From Chlamydiia bacterium (GTDB taxonomy: Bacteria; Chlamydiota; Chlamydiia; Chlamydiales; JAAKFQ01), in the NCBI GenBank assembly GCA_041688145.1, contig JBDNIV010000038.1:3841-67840 (forward strand): a stretch of DNA of 64,000 bases, in the 5' to 3' direction. The position numbers and the translations under genes were made by a program. Positions 48,078-57,345 of the stretch are shown piece by piece (the stretch's first letter is position 1; each line of letters starts with the position of its first letter). The notes below the pieces were generated by a model. The model saw only the letters and a program-made list of their open reading frames with translations. It had not been told where the DNA came from and did no database searches.

Positions 48078-48923
48078 ATGTATACAGAGGGATCTGAGAA
48101 CTATAAAGAGGCTAAAAAGGTAGCAATTAGCTCTATGGAGCGCTACTCAGGAAGCCCGATTGATAAGTTCCAAAGGCAGCTTATCATCACAAACTTCCCA
48201 CAGTATGTTGACTACTACGCCGAGTCTAGAGGCGTCAAAGTCTACGAAGGCTCAGCTTTTAAAGTCGCTCACTGTGAAAAAGAAGAGATTTCTATACTCG
48301 ATTTTAAGATAGGCTCACCCGCAGCAGCTCTTGTAATCGACATCAGCTCATTTCTCCCTTTTGAAACAGCTATTTTCTTAGGTATGTGTGGAGGGCTCAG
48401 ACGTCGGTATAAGGTAGGAGATTACCTCGTTCCTGTAGCAAGTGTACGCGGAGAAGGCACCTCAAACTTCTACTTTCCGCCTGAAGTGCCTGCACTTTCT
48501 AACTTCCTTATGCAGCGTGCAACAACGCACGTTTTAGAAAATGAAAAAAAAGTTCACCATATAGGCATCACCTATACCTCTAACAGACGCTTTTGGGAGT
48601 TTGATGAGGGTTTTAAAGAAGTGCTTAAAGCTTCAAGAGCGCAAGCTTATGAGATGGAATGCGCTACTCTTTTTATTGCGAGCTACCGCTGCAAGTTCAC
48701 CCTAGGTGCTCTACTTTTGATATCTGATCTGCCTCTTAATCGAGGAGGCGTCAAAACTAAAGAGAGCGCTGCTAAAATCTATGAAGACCATATGAAAGAG
48801 CATGTAGAGCTTGGGGTGAAAATCCTTAAAAGAGGTGAAGAGCTTATTCAAAGGCATTCTAAAGGGGCCCTTAGAAGTGATCACCAAGAAGGGCAAGAGA
48901 CCGAGGATGAAGCCGAAGGGTAG
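48078..48923 (+). CDS. PNP/UDP-1 family nucleoside phosphorylase/hydrolase (AMP nucleosidase-like)
   Basis: FLGMCGGLRRRYKVGDYLVPVASVRGEGTS and AYEMECATLF match the family core. The acidic C-terminal tail is QEGQETEDEAEG. Confidence 0.75.
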   Translation: MYTEGSENYKEAKKVAISSMERYSGSPIDKFQRQLIITNFPQYVDYYAESRGVKVYEGSAFKVAHCEKEEISILDFKIGSPAAALVIDISSFLPFETAIFLGMCGGLRRRYKVGDYLVPVASVRGEGTSNFYFPPEVPALSNFLMQRATTHVLENEKKVHHIGITYTSNRRFWEFDEGFKEVLKASRAQAYEMECATLFIASYRCKFTLGALLLISDLPLNRGGVKTKESAAKIYEDHMKEHVELGVKILKRGEELIQRHSKGALRSDHQEGQETEDEAEG

Positions 48924-48947
48924 CTACTCAAGGATCATAAGCCTTTT

Positions 48948-50468
48948 CTAGGCAGAAGCAGAAGCTGCTATTTCCTCAAACCAGGCTAAGAGTTTTTGTA
49001 TGAAGGGCAGCGGCTCTTTTGAACCTTCTGGAATAAGGCGCTCTTTTAGATACTCTGGATCAAGAGTCAGTCGCGTTTTTTCTTGGTCCTTATATGTGCA
49101 TACAGAAGGAGTCCAAAGGTCAAGAAATAATAGCTCCTGCGCACTGGTAGCTCCTACAATAGAAGGGTTGAATAAAACATGCTCTTTTGTATTGACTATC
49201 CACTGAAAAAAAGTTTTCCATTTTTCTTCAGAAATTTCTTCAGGACTACCCACATAGTTAGGCGCTTTTATTATAAAAGTAGCACTTGAAGGAAAGAACT
49301 CTTGGGAAACGGGTGCTTCAGAAGCTTCTAATCTGTCAGAAATGTGCTCCTCTGGAAAAGCAGGGCATCCGCGCCTCTTAAACCCCTCAAGACGAGCTCG
49401 GCAAAGAGGGCCTAATGTCTCATTATTAAAAACATAGATCCAAACTTTTTCTGTACTTTGAGAGGTTGCTGCCCCACTTGCATAAGGCTTAGCTTCCCAG
49501 ATGCGTAACACACCAGGCATCTGATTTGTTATACCACTAGGCACCTCACTTGTGATGGTGTAAAAAGCTGGCGTTTCATTTTGCTCAATACGCACCGTAT
49601 TACCTATCTGCGTCCGACTTACTTGTGCCTCTAAAATATCGTTTGTAGAAAATACGTTGAGCCCGAATTGGTTCCGGAGAACTTCTAAAGCTTTTAAAGC
49701 TTTTGTTGTAGGGTCTTCACTTCCGTTTACTTTTTTTAGGTAGACCCATTGAATAAGTTCAAGTAAGTGAGTGGCATTTGGAGATGAGTCAGTAAGCGTG
49801 TCTACACCTATATTGTAAGCTTTTATCCATCCACTTAATACAATCTTATTTTCTTCAGAGAGTGTTTCAGCTTTTTCTAGTAGTATAAGTCTGATAATAT
49901 CTATAGGAGGAGCTACAGTAAAAGTGTCCCAAGCAAGTAAAGCAGCGTAAGCTGGATCAGCTTGACACATCTGTGCAAAAGCGGAGTCTTGGTGTTCTCT
50001 AGGCATACAAACTTCAGGAAATTGGAGGCCCATATTTCCTTGAATAGCAGCCCAGTCATCTTCAGAAAAGTTCATAAACTTTTGCCAGTTCATCATGAAA
50101 AGAGAGCACTCTTGGGGCGAGGTAAAGTCTGCTGCAGGATACGTGCTTTCTAGGGGAGATAAGGGCTTATATTTAGTCCAAATATCGGCTGCTTTAGTCG
50201 CAAGCTCTTTTAGCTCTTCACTCAAAGTAGCCATAGCTCGAACAGGGCGATTTTCAAGAGCAGCATACCCGAAAGCGCGCTCTATAATGTAGTGGTGAGC
50301 TGTATCTAAAAGATAATCTCTAGCTTGATTTATCCAGTCGATAATACTAGTAGTCTGTCCGGGTGCAATCCATCGACTACCAAAGTAAGTAGGAGCAGAT
50401 CCAGGTGTAGTGAATGTATGAAGTGTTTGTGAGAGTCGATAGATGCGAACGCAGTCTACTGCAGCCAT
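48948..50468 (-). CDS. hypothetical protein (506 aa), downstream of alaS-mfd
   Basis: Long ORF 30 nt downstream of mfd on the same strand. No recognisable motif. Confidence 0.6.
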   Translation of the reverse strand: MAAVDCVRIYRLSQTLHTFTTPGSAPTYFGSRWIAPGQTTSIIDWINQARDYLLDTAHHYIIERAFGYAALENRPVRAMATLSEELKELATKAADIWTKYKPLSPLESTYPAADFTSPQECSLFMMNWQKFMNFSEDDWAAIQGNMGLQFPEVCMPREHQDSAFAQMCQADPAYAALLAWDTFTVAPPIDIIRLILLEKAETLSEENKIVLSGWIKAYNIGVDTLTDSSPNATHLLELIQWVYLKKVNGSEDPTTKALKALEVLRNQFGLNVFSTNDILEAQVSRTQIGNTVRIEQNETPAFYTITSEVPSGITNQMPGVLRIWEAKPYASGAATSQSTEKVWIYVFNNETLGPLCRARLEGFKRRGCPAFPEEHISDRLEASEAPVSQEFFPSSATFIIKAPNYVGSPEEISEEKWKTFFQWIVNTKEHVLFNPSIVGATSAQELLFLDLWTPSVCTYKDQEKTRLTLDPEYLKERLIPEGSKEPLPFIQKLLAWFEEIAASASA

Positions 50469-50498
50469 AAGAGTACCCTTTTTGAAGAAAAGGATACC

Positions 50499-53400
50499 TT
50501 AAGCATCTGTTTTAGAAGAATCTTTTTTTTCTAAATGCTCAATCACACTTTGTGCAAGCATTTCTGGATTATCACTTTTTTCTAGTGCAAATGCATACGC
50601 TTTAACGCCTTTAGCACTTTGCTTATGTGCAAATGCGCGACCTTCTTCTAGCTTAATCCATATCCAGTGGTTTTTAGAAGCATACGCTTTAATGCGCATC
50701 ATGTGAAAAAGCCAAATAGCAGATTTAGGCGCTTTTCCAAAACGGTCTTCCATTTCTAAGAAAATAGATAAAACTTCATCAGGGTGATTTACTTCAGCAA
50801 AGCGGTGGTACAGCTCTAGGCGAAGATGAGCGCTAGGAATATAGTCTTCAGAAAGGTTTGCTTTATACGGAAATTCAATCTTAGTATCGATCCAGTCTCC
50901 TTGAGACTGACCTTTAAGCGCACTGACAGCTCTTTGTAAAAGGCGGCAGTATAGATGGAAGCCAATCGTCGCTACTTGTCCTGACTGCTCAGTTCCTACA
51001 ATATCGCCCGCTCCTCGAATTTCAAGATCGCGCATAGCGACTTTCATCCCGCCGCCATAGCTACCTGCATTTGCTAAGGCCTGGAGCCTTTTGTGCGCCT
51101 CTTCGCGGATAGGACGGTCTGGTTGCGTGAGGAAATAGGCATAGGAAGATCTGCTTGAGCGTCCTACTCTTCCTTTAATTTGGTAGAGGTCAGAAAGACC
51201 GTGGCGGTCCGCTCTTTCTACGAGTATAGTATTAGCATTTGGAATATCGATGCCGTTTTCAATCAGGGTCGTTGCTAAAAGAACATCTAGATCACCTTTT
51301 TTAAAAGCGTGAAAGACATCGTCTAAACGTTCAGGATCCATCTGCCCATGTGCAATGCCGATACGGGCGTCTGGAATAAGTTTTTCTAAGTGCTCTTTGC
51401 GTTTGAAAATAGAGTCAACCCGGTTGTGGATAAAATAGACTTGTCCTGAGCGGCTAAGCTCACGCAAGATCGCGCGCTCAATAATCTCATCACTAAACTC
51501 ACAAATCACAAGCTGGATAGGCAGCCGGTCTTGAGGAGGCGTAGCAATTATCGACATCTCTTTAGCGCCGCTCATAGCAAGATGCAGTGTGCGAGGAATC
51601 GGCGTAGCAGATAAGGTCAAACAGTCGGTGCGTTTTTTTGCCATTTTAAGCTTTTCTTTTGCTCGCACACCAAAACGTTGCTCTTCATCAATGACAATCA
51701 GGCCAAGCTTTTTAAAGACGACATCTTTGCTTAAAAGGCGGTGTGTACCGATTAAAATATCAACCTCACCTTTGAAAGCTCTTTCTAAAATAAGCTTAGA
51801 TTCTTTTGGAGATTTAGCGCGGGAAAGCACTTCAATACGCACGCCAAACCCGCTCATGCGCTCTTGAAAAGTCTCTCCATGTTGCAAAGCAAGCACAGTA
51901 GTCGGCACTAACACAGCAGCTTGACATCCGCCGTCACACACCGCTTTAAAAGCTGCGCGCATAGCAACTTCAGTTTTTCCATATCCGACATCGCCACAAA
52001 TAAGGAGGTCCATGCATTTATCTGAGAGCATCTCTTTTTTTACATCTTCAATCGCTTTTAATTGATCTTCAGTCTCGACATAAGGAAAGCTCTTTTCAAA
52101 CTCTTTAAAGAGAGATGAGTCCTCTGTGTAAGGGTATTCTTTGCCAAGTGTTCTTGCGGCATACAGTTCAATAAGTTTTTTTGCATAGCCGACAATCGCT
52201 TTTTGCGATTTAATTTTTGCTGTTTGCCATCTATTCGAGCCAATAGCATCTAAGGCGGGTCTAGATTCACTTGCTCCCACATAAGGCGATAGCAAGTAGG
52301 CCTGTGTCATTGGAACAAAAAGCTTAGAATTTTTTGAGTATTCAATAGCTAAAAACTCACTCACTTCCCCGGCATGATTTGTCTTTTTCTCTACACCTAA
52401 ATATTTACCCACACCCGAATGGTAGTGGACGACTAAGTCTCCTGGACTGGGATTGAATGTCTCTACAGTGGGCGCATGCGAAGCTGTCCTTTGCGGTTTT
52501 GCTCGGAGTTTGTAATGAGAAGAGAGCTCAGGGTATGAAAAAAGGCATTTGCCGCTTGAGCGCATTGAAAAACCCGCAGACAAGTAGCCTTCTATAAAAT
52601 GTACCTGGAGCTTTTCATGGTTGATAGTAGAGGCCAGTTTTTCTTCTAGCGTACGTTTTTCCTGAGCGTTATCGTGTGCTATATAAAGGTGCAAAGGATC
52701 TTCACGCACTTTTAAGGTCTCTTGTAAGACATCACTTAAAGTATTTAAACTAAGATCACTTTCTGTAAAAAGGGTGCGCTTGGTTGAAGTGAAAGGAGAC
52801 TTTATAGCGCTCGATGTATGCGTTTTGCCAAAAAGCTCTAAAGGCCCCTTTTTGGGCATAAGCTTTTCCATAGGTTCTTTAGATAAAAAGAGTTTAGGAT
52901 GTTTTTCTATCGCATCTAAAATCTCGCTGAAATCACTAAAAAGAGGAGAGTGGACATAGGCTTTATGGTTTTTTAAGAAAACAGCGCGGTCTTCGATAGC
53001 CACGACATCCTCAAAGATTACAATAGGGGGTGAATCAAAGTAATCAAGCACATTAGAGGGCGTATCTTCTAAAATCAGACTGTGGTCGCTTGCTGGGCAT
53101 AGTTCTAGATGCTCAAGAGGTCCAATTGATTTTTGGCTTAAGGGATCAAAAGAGCGAATTGATTCAAGCTCTTCATCAAAAAATTCTAAACGACACGGGC
53201 CAGCTGAGGCGATATCGAAAATATCGTAGAGACCTTTTCTTACGGCAAATTGCCCTTTGTCATTAACAACGGCAACTTTTTTATAGCCCATTGCTAAAAA
53301 AGTTTTCCCAAGCTCTTCAAAAGAGTACACATCTCCTTTTATAAGCTTTTGTGAATAAAGCTCTAATGCTTCTATAGAGGGCGTTTTTTGGCATAGACCT

Positions 53401-53759
53401 GCTGGAGTGGTAATCAGTATAGGAGGTAGTGTCTTAGAGGTTTTTTCTCTGAGCTTTTTGAGAGCTGAGTAACGCTTGCCAGTTGTGTCCAAGGAAGGGC
53501 TAGTCGCTTCTGTTGGAAGGGTGTCCCAAGCAGGAAATTCAATTAGATTTTCTCCAAAAAAACTAAGGTCACTACAGAAGCGCGTTTGGATGCGTTCAGA
53601 AGTAATGACAATAACAGGGCGTTTAAGCGTTTTTTGAATCGCCGCACATAAAAAAGCAGCCGAGCTATCACTGACCTCATCAATTGAGAGGCTTTTATTT
53701 TCTTTAAGAGCCTCTTTTATCGGCTCTAGGCTTTTGTAGTTAAAAAAATCGTCTAACAA
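50499..53759 (-). CDS. mfd: transcription-repair coupling factor
   Basis: CarD-like GDLVVHYHSGVGKY, helicase motifs LICGDVGYGKTEVA and VIDEEQRFG, and the TRG region HQLRGRVGR-like YQIKGRVGRSS. 1086 aa, TTG start. Confidence 0.95.
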   Translation of the reverse strand: MLDDFFNYKSLEPIKEALKENKSLSIDEVSDSSAAFLCAAIQKTLKRPVIVITSERIQTRFCSDLSFFGENLIEFPAWDTLPTEATSPSLDTTGKRYSALKKLREKTSKTLPPILITTPAGLCQKTPSIEALELYSQKLIKGDVYSFEELGKTFLAMGYKKVAVVNDKGQFAVRKGLYDIFDIASAGPCRLEFFDEELESIRSFDPLSQKSIGPLEHLELCPASDHSLILEDTPSNVLDYFDSPPIVIFEDVVAIEDRAVFLKNHKAYVHSPLFSDFSEILDAIEKHPKLFLSKEPMEKLMPKKGPLELFGKTHTSSAIKSPFTSTKRTLFTESDLSLNTLSDVLQETLKVREDPLHLYIAHDNAQEKRTLEEKLASTINHEKLQVHFIEGYLSAGFSMRSSGKCLFSYPELSSHYKLRAKPQRTASHAPTVETFNPSPGDLVVHYHSGVGKYLGVEKKTNHAGEVSEFLAIEYSKNSKLFVPMTQAYLLSPYVGASESRPALDAIGSNRWQTAKIKSQKAIVGYAKKLIELYAARTLGKEYPYTEDSSLFKEFEKSFPYVETEDQLKAIEDVKKEMLSDKCMDLLICGDVGYGKTEVAMRAAFKAVCDGGCQAAVLVPTTVLALQHGETFQERMSGFGVRIEVLSRAKSPKESKLILERAFKGEVDILIGTHRLLSKDVVFKKLGLIVIDEEQRFGVRAKEKLKMAKKRTDCLTLSATPIPRTLHLAMSGAKEMSIIATPPQDRLPIQLVICEFSDEIIERAILRELSRSGQVYFIHNRVDSIFKRKEHLEKLIPDARIGIAHGQMDPERLDDVFHAFKKGDLDVLLATTLIENGIDIPNANTILVERADRHGLSDLYQIKGRVGRSSRSSYAYFLTQPDRPIREEAHKRLQALANAGSYGGGMKVAMRDLEIRGAGDIVGTEQSGQVATIGFHLYCRLLQRAVSALKGQSQGDWIDTKIEFPYKANLSEDYIPSAHLRLELYHRFAEVNHPDEVLSIFLEMEDRFGKAPKSAIWLFHMMRIKAYASKNHWIWIKLEEGRAFAHKQSAKGVKAYAFALEKSDNPEMLAQSVIEHLEKKDSSKTDA

Positions 53760-53778
53760 AAAGAGCCCTAGTGATGTG

Positions 53779-56445
53779 TTATGAGATAGCAGATTTTATA
53801 GCGTTAAGAGCTGCGCTTATACCAGCTGGGTTTTGTCCACCACAAGTCGCAAAATCAGCTCGTCCGCCTCCTTTTCCTTGCAGAGGTTCAAAAGCAAGAG
53901 GGAGGAGATCTTTTGCACTCTTGCCTCTTGCGATTAGATCTTCACTTACTTTTATAGCTAGCTGACATCGCCCTTCTTCTTCACACACAAGAGCAACAAG
54001 AGCGCTTTCGTTTTTTTCAACAAGCGCTTGAAAAGCGCCATCAACTACGTCTTTCAGCTCTTTAGGTGAAGCGTCTACCTTTTCAAGAAGGGCGAGCGTG
54101 CCATTTATAACGGTTGCTTTTGCTACAAGGTTTTTGGCTTGGTCTATAAGTTTTTGACTCTCAAGCATTTTTATATGCTTGTTTAAAGAGCTAAGCTCTG
54201 TAGTTAAAGCATCAGCTTTAGCTTCTAATTTCTGCAAAGGGGCTCCGAGCTTTTTTTCTAAAGAGGCAAGTGTCTTTTGTAAATTTTCTATCCAAGTTTC
54301 ACTTACAGTCGCACATACAGCTTCAATCCGGCGTACACCACTCGCTATACTAGATTCTTTGATAATCTTAACAAGGCCGAGTGCGCTGAGCTGTTTTGCA
54401 TGCGTGCCTCCACAAAGTTCTACAGAAGGCCCAATCGAGACAACACGCACTTTTTCTCCATACTTATCACCGAAAAACTGCTTGATAGAGGCGTCACTTT
54501 TGATTTCACTATGCAACTTTTCTTCTGTGTGGATAGAGCCGCCTTTTCGAATAGCTGCATTGATCTTTTCTTCAATTAAAAAGATTTCTTCAGGGCTTAA
54601 AGCTTTATGGTGATTAAAATCAAAGCGCAGGCGGTCAGGACTAACTAAAGATCCCGCCTGGCGCACGTGCTCGCCAAGTACCTGAGACAGCGCAAAATGC
54701 ACAAGGTGTGTGGCACTATGATGTACGCGAATAGCCTCTCTTCTTTCTTCATCGATCTGCAAAAAAACGAGATCACCTATTTTTAAAGAGCCTTTTTTCA
54801 GTGTGCCTTTGTGGGCAATCACTCCTGTAAAAGGAGAGAGGGTATTAGAAATTTCAAAAGAAACATGAGGCGAGCTCATCAATGATGTTAAGATGCCTGA
54901 GTCTCCAATTTGCCCTCCCATCTGCGCATAAAAAGGCGTTTTATCTGTGACTATAAGAGCACTTTTTTCTAGGGTATCTTCAGGTTTGAGCTTAGATAGG
55001 GGCTTATCATCGACAAAAATAGCTGTAACACTTGCCTCTACATGGGCTTTATCATAGCCTACAAAACTGCAGGGAGGATGCTTTTCTAAATACTTTTCAA
55101 AAGTACTTGAGTGCGCGATTTGCGAGGCGTCTGTATGGACACTTTTAGAAAGAGCGCGAGCTTTTCCTTCAAGTTTTTCAAAAGCTAGCATGTCAACCTT
55201 CAGATTGGCATCTTTTGCCATAAGGGCAATCTCTTCGATAGGAAAGCCGTAAGTGTCTTTGAGCTTAAAAGCATCTTCACCAGAAATTATGCAGGCGCTT
55301 TGGCTTTTATCCATAACAGATTTTAAAAGATTACCGCCGCGTTTAAGCGTGCGGATAAAGCTCTCTTCTTCAAGTGTCACAAGCTCTTCGATTCGCGAAG
55401 AAGCTGTTTTAAGCTCTTGAAAATACTCGCCCATAAGCGCAGAAAGGGTTGGCACGAGCTTGGCTAAAAAAGGTTTGTTTAGCCCAATTTGTCTGCCATA
55501 TCGCACAGCTCTTCTCAATACTTTTCTAAGTACATAGCCTCGGTCAGTATTAGAGGGCTGCGCTCCATCCGCTATTGCAAAGCTAAGCGCTCGGATATGA
55601 TCACTAATGACTTGAAAAGCAGGCGCTTCTTTAGAGCCTGGCACATATTTGATTCCGCTTAAGTCTTCTGTGTGTCGAATTAAAGCACCTAAGATATCCG
55701 TTTCAAAGACAGATTTTGTGTCCATCTTAAGCATAACTAAGCGCTCAAGGCCTGCACCTGTATCGATTGAGGGCTTAGGTAAAGGGGATTCAATAGATGT
55801 GCCTGAATTATCTTTTGTCCGGTTGAACTGCATAAAAACAAGATTCCAAAACTCTAAAAAGCGCTCACCCTCAGGATCCTTTTCTGGGCTAGTTGCTTTC
55901 CCAAATTTTTCTCCACGGTCAAAAAGAAGCTCTGAGCAGGGGCCACAAGGACCTACATCACCCATTTCCCAGAAGTTGTCTTTGCGCCCCAGGCGGCAGA
56001 TGCGGTTTTTTGGAAGGTGTTTTTCCCATAGCGCATACGCCTCATCATCTTCTTCATAAACTGAAGCCCAAATATGGCTCGGATCAAATTCGAAAATTTC
56101 TGTAGAGACTTCCCAGGCAAAGGCAATAGCCTCTTTTTTAAAATAATCCCCAAAAGAAAAATTTCCGAGCATCTCAAATAGAGTGAGATGGCGAGAGGTG
56201 TGCCCCACATTTTCTAAGTCGTTATGCTTACCACCCACGCGAACGCATTTTTGACTCGTTGTAGCTCGGGGATTTTCAGCTTTTGCCTTTCCCAAGAAAA
56301 TATCTTTAAATTGGTTCATCCCTGCATTATTGAAAAGCAAGGTAGGGTCGTCCAGAGGCACTACTGGAGAAGAGGGAAGTATGAGATGTCCCTTTTTTTC
56401 AAAGTATTTGAGAAAGCGGGCTCTTAATTCATTGGAAAGCGTCAT
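53779..56445 (-). CDS. alaS: alanine--tRNA ligase
   Basis: FNNAGMNQFK, RVGGKHNDLENVG, editing-domain HHSATHL, and C-terminal DHHA1 GKGGGRADFA. 888 aa. Confidence 0.97.
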   Translation of the reverse strand: MTLSNELRARFLKYFEKKGHLILPSSPVVPLDDPTLLFNNAGMNQFKDIFLGKAKAENPRATTSQKCVRVGGKHNDLENVGHTSRHLTLFEMLGNFSFGDYFKKEAIAFAWEVSTEIFEFDPSHIWASVYEEDDEAYALWEKHLPKNRICRLGRKDNFWEMGDVGPCGPCSELLFDRGEKFGKATSPEKDPEGERFLEFWNLVFMQFNRTKDNSGTSIESPLPKPSIDTGAGLERLVMLKMDTKSVFETDILGALIRHTEDLSGIKYVPGSKEAPAFQVISDHIRALSFAIADGAQPSNTDRGYVLRKVLRRAVRYGRQIGLNKPFLAKLVPTLSALMGEYFQELKTASSRIEELVTLEEESFIRTLKRGGNLLKSVMDKSQSACIISGEDAFKLKDTYGFPIEEIALMAKDANLKVDMLAFEKLEGKARALSKSVHTDASQIAHSSTFEKYLEKHPPCSFVGYDKAHVEASVTAIFVDDKPLSKLKPEDTLEKSALIVTDKTPFYAQMGGQIGDSGILTSLMSSPHVSFEISNTLSPFTGVIAHKGTLKKGSLKIGDLVFLQIDEERREAIRVHHSATHLVHFALSQVLGEHVRQAGSLVSPDRLRFDFNHHKALSPEEIFLIEEKINAAIRKGGSIHTEEKLHSEIKSDASIKQFFGDKYGEKVRVVSIGPSVELCGGTHAKQLSALGLVKIIKESSIASGVRRIEAVCATVSETWIENLQKTLASLEKKLGAPLQKLEAKADALTTELSSLNKHIKMLESQKLIDQAKNLVAKATVINGTLALLEKVDASPKELKDVVDGAFQALVEKNESALVALVCEEEGRCQLAIKVSEDLIARGKSAKDLLPLAFEPLQGKGGGRADFATCGGQNPAGISAALNAIKSAIS

Positions 56446-56489
56446 CCTATGAGACTACCATAAGACGCGAAGTAGTTTCAAGCGCTTCG

Positions 56490-57257
56490 TTAGTTCCAAG
56501 CAGCATAAGTGGGGCGCTCATTTGCGCTCTGTGTAAAAGCTTTAATAACGGCACCTGAGCGCCCTAAGCTCTCTTTGATAGATTCAAACGATCCTAACCC
56601 GGCCCATCCTTGTGCACGCGCCCATATGCTTTCGGCTTTTTCTGCAAGTACTTGGTTTTGTTGAAATATGCGCGCTGTGTCGATAACATCAAGGGCTAAA
56701 AAAGGTGTTGAGTCTTCAGTGTCAGTCAACGCACGTGAAGCTCTATCAGCATAATATAAAGAGCCAGCTATTTCAGCTAAGAGTTTGCTTGAGGCAGGCA
56801 GAAGATCATTTAAGGGGTTTTGTTGGCATACAATAATAGCACTTTTTTGCAGAGCAGCCTGGCGCACTTCATCTGTGGTAGGGACATTTTTTAAGATGCA
56901 AAGCACCTTTTGAGCAGCGGTTTGTACCCGTGTCCATTGATCAAGCCACCGGACCCCTGCCGCTAAACATCGAACGCCTTTGGCCAAAGGAGCCGCGACG
57001 CCTGTTATACCCATCTGCGCAGCTCCTGCTTGAAAAGCAAAGCCCGCGCCTAGACTCATAGCATCTGTGCCAAGCTGTTTTGAAATTCCTTTTAAGCTTT
57101 TATCATCAGCTAGAGTGGCGCGATGGGCAGCGTAGATGCCGCGATGAGCTATTTCAGGTGCATTTAAAAAAGAGCTGATTCCTGGCAAGCGTGTGAGGTA
57201 ATAAGATGCAGTTAGAACAAAGCCCGCGGGCGCTGAAAGGAGCCAGGTTGTAGCCAT
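56490..57257 (-). CDS. hypothetical protein with Gly/Ala-rich hydrophobic segments
   Basis: 255-aa ORF. N-terminal MATTWLLSAPAGFVLTASYYL and MSLGAGFAFQAGAAQMGITGVAAPLA. No known motif. Confidence 0.55.
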   Translation of the reverse strand: MATTWLLSAPAGFVLTASYYLTRLPGISSFLNAPEIAHRGIYAAHRATLADDKSLKGISKQLGTDAMSLGAGFAFQAGAAQMGITGVAAPLAKGVRCLAAGVRWLDQWTRVQTAAQKVLCILKNVPTTDEVRQAALQKSAIIVCQQNPLNDLLPASSKLLAEIAGSLYYADRASRALTDTEDSTPFLALDVIDTARIFQQNQVLAEKAESIWARAQGWAGLGSFESIKESLGRSGAVIKAFTQSANERPTYAAWN

Positions 57258-57345
57258 AAATTTTTATCCTAAGAGGTTTTTGACACCAATAATGGCATTT
57301 GATACCCTTAGGTGTCAATTTTTAACTTAAGAGGTCTAAAAAGCA

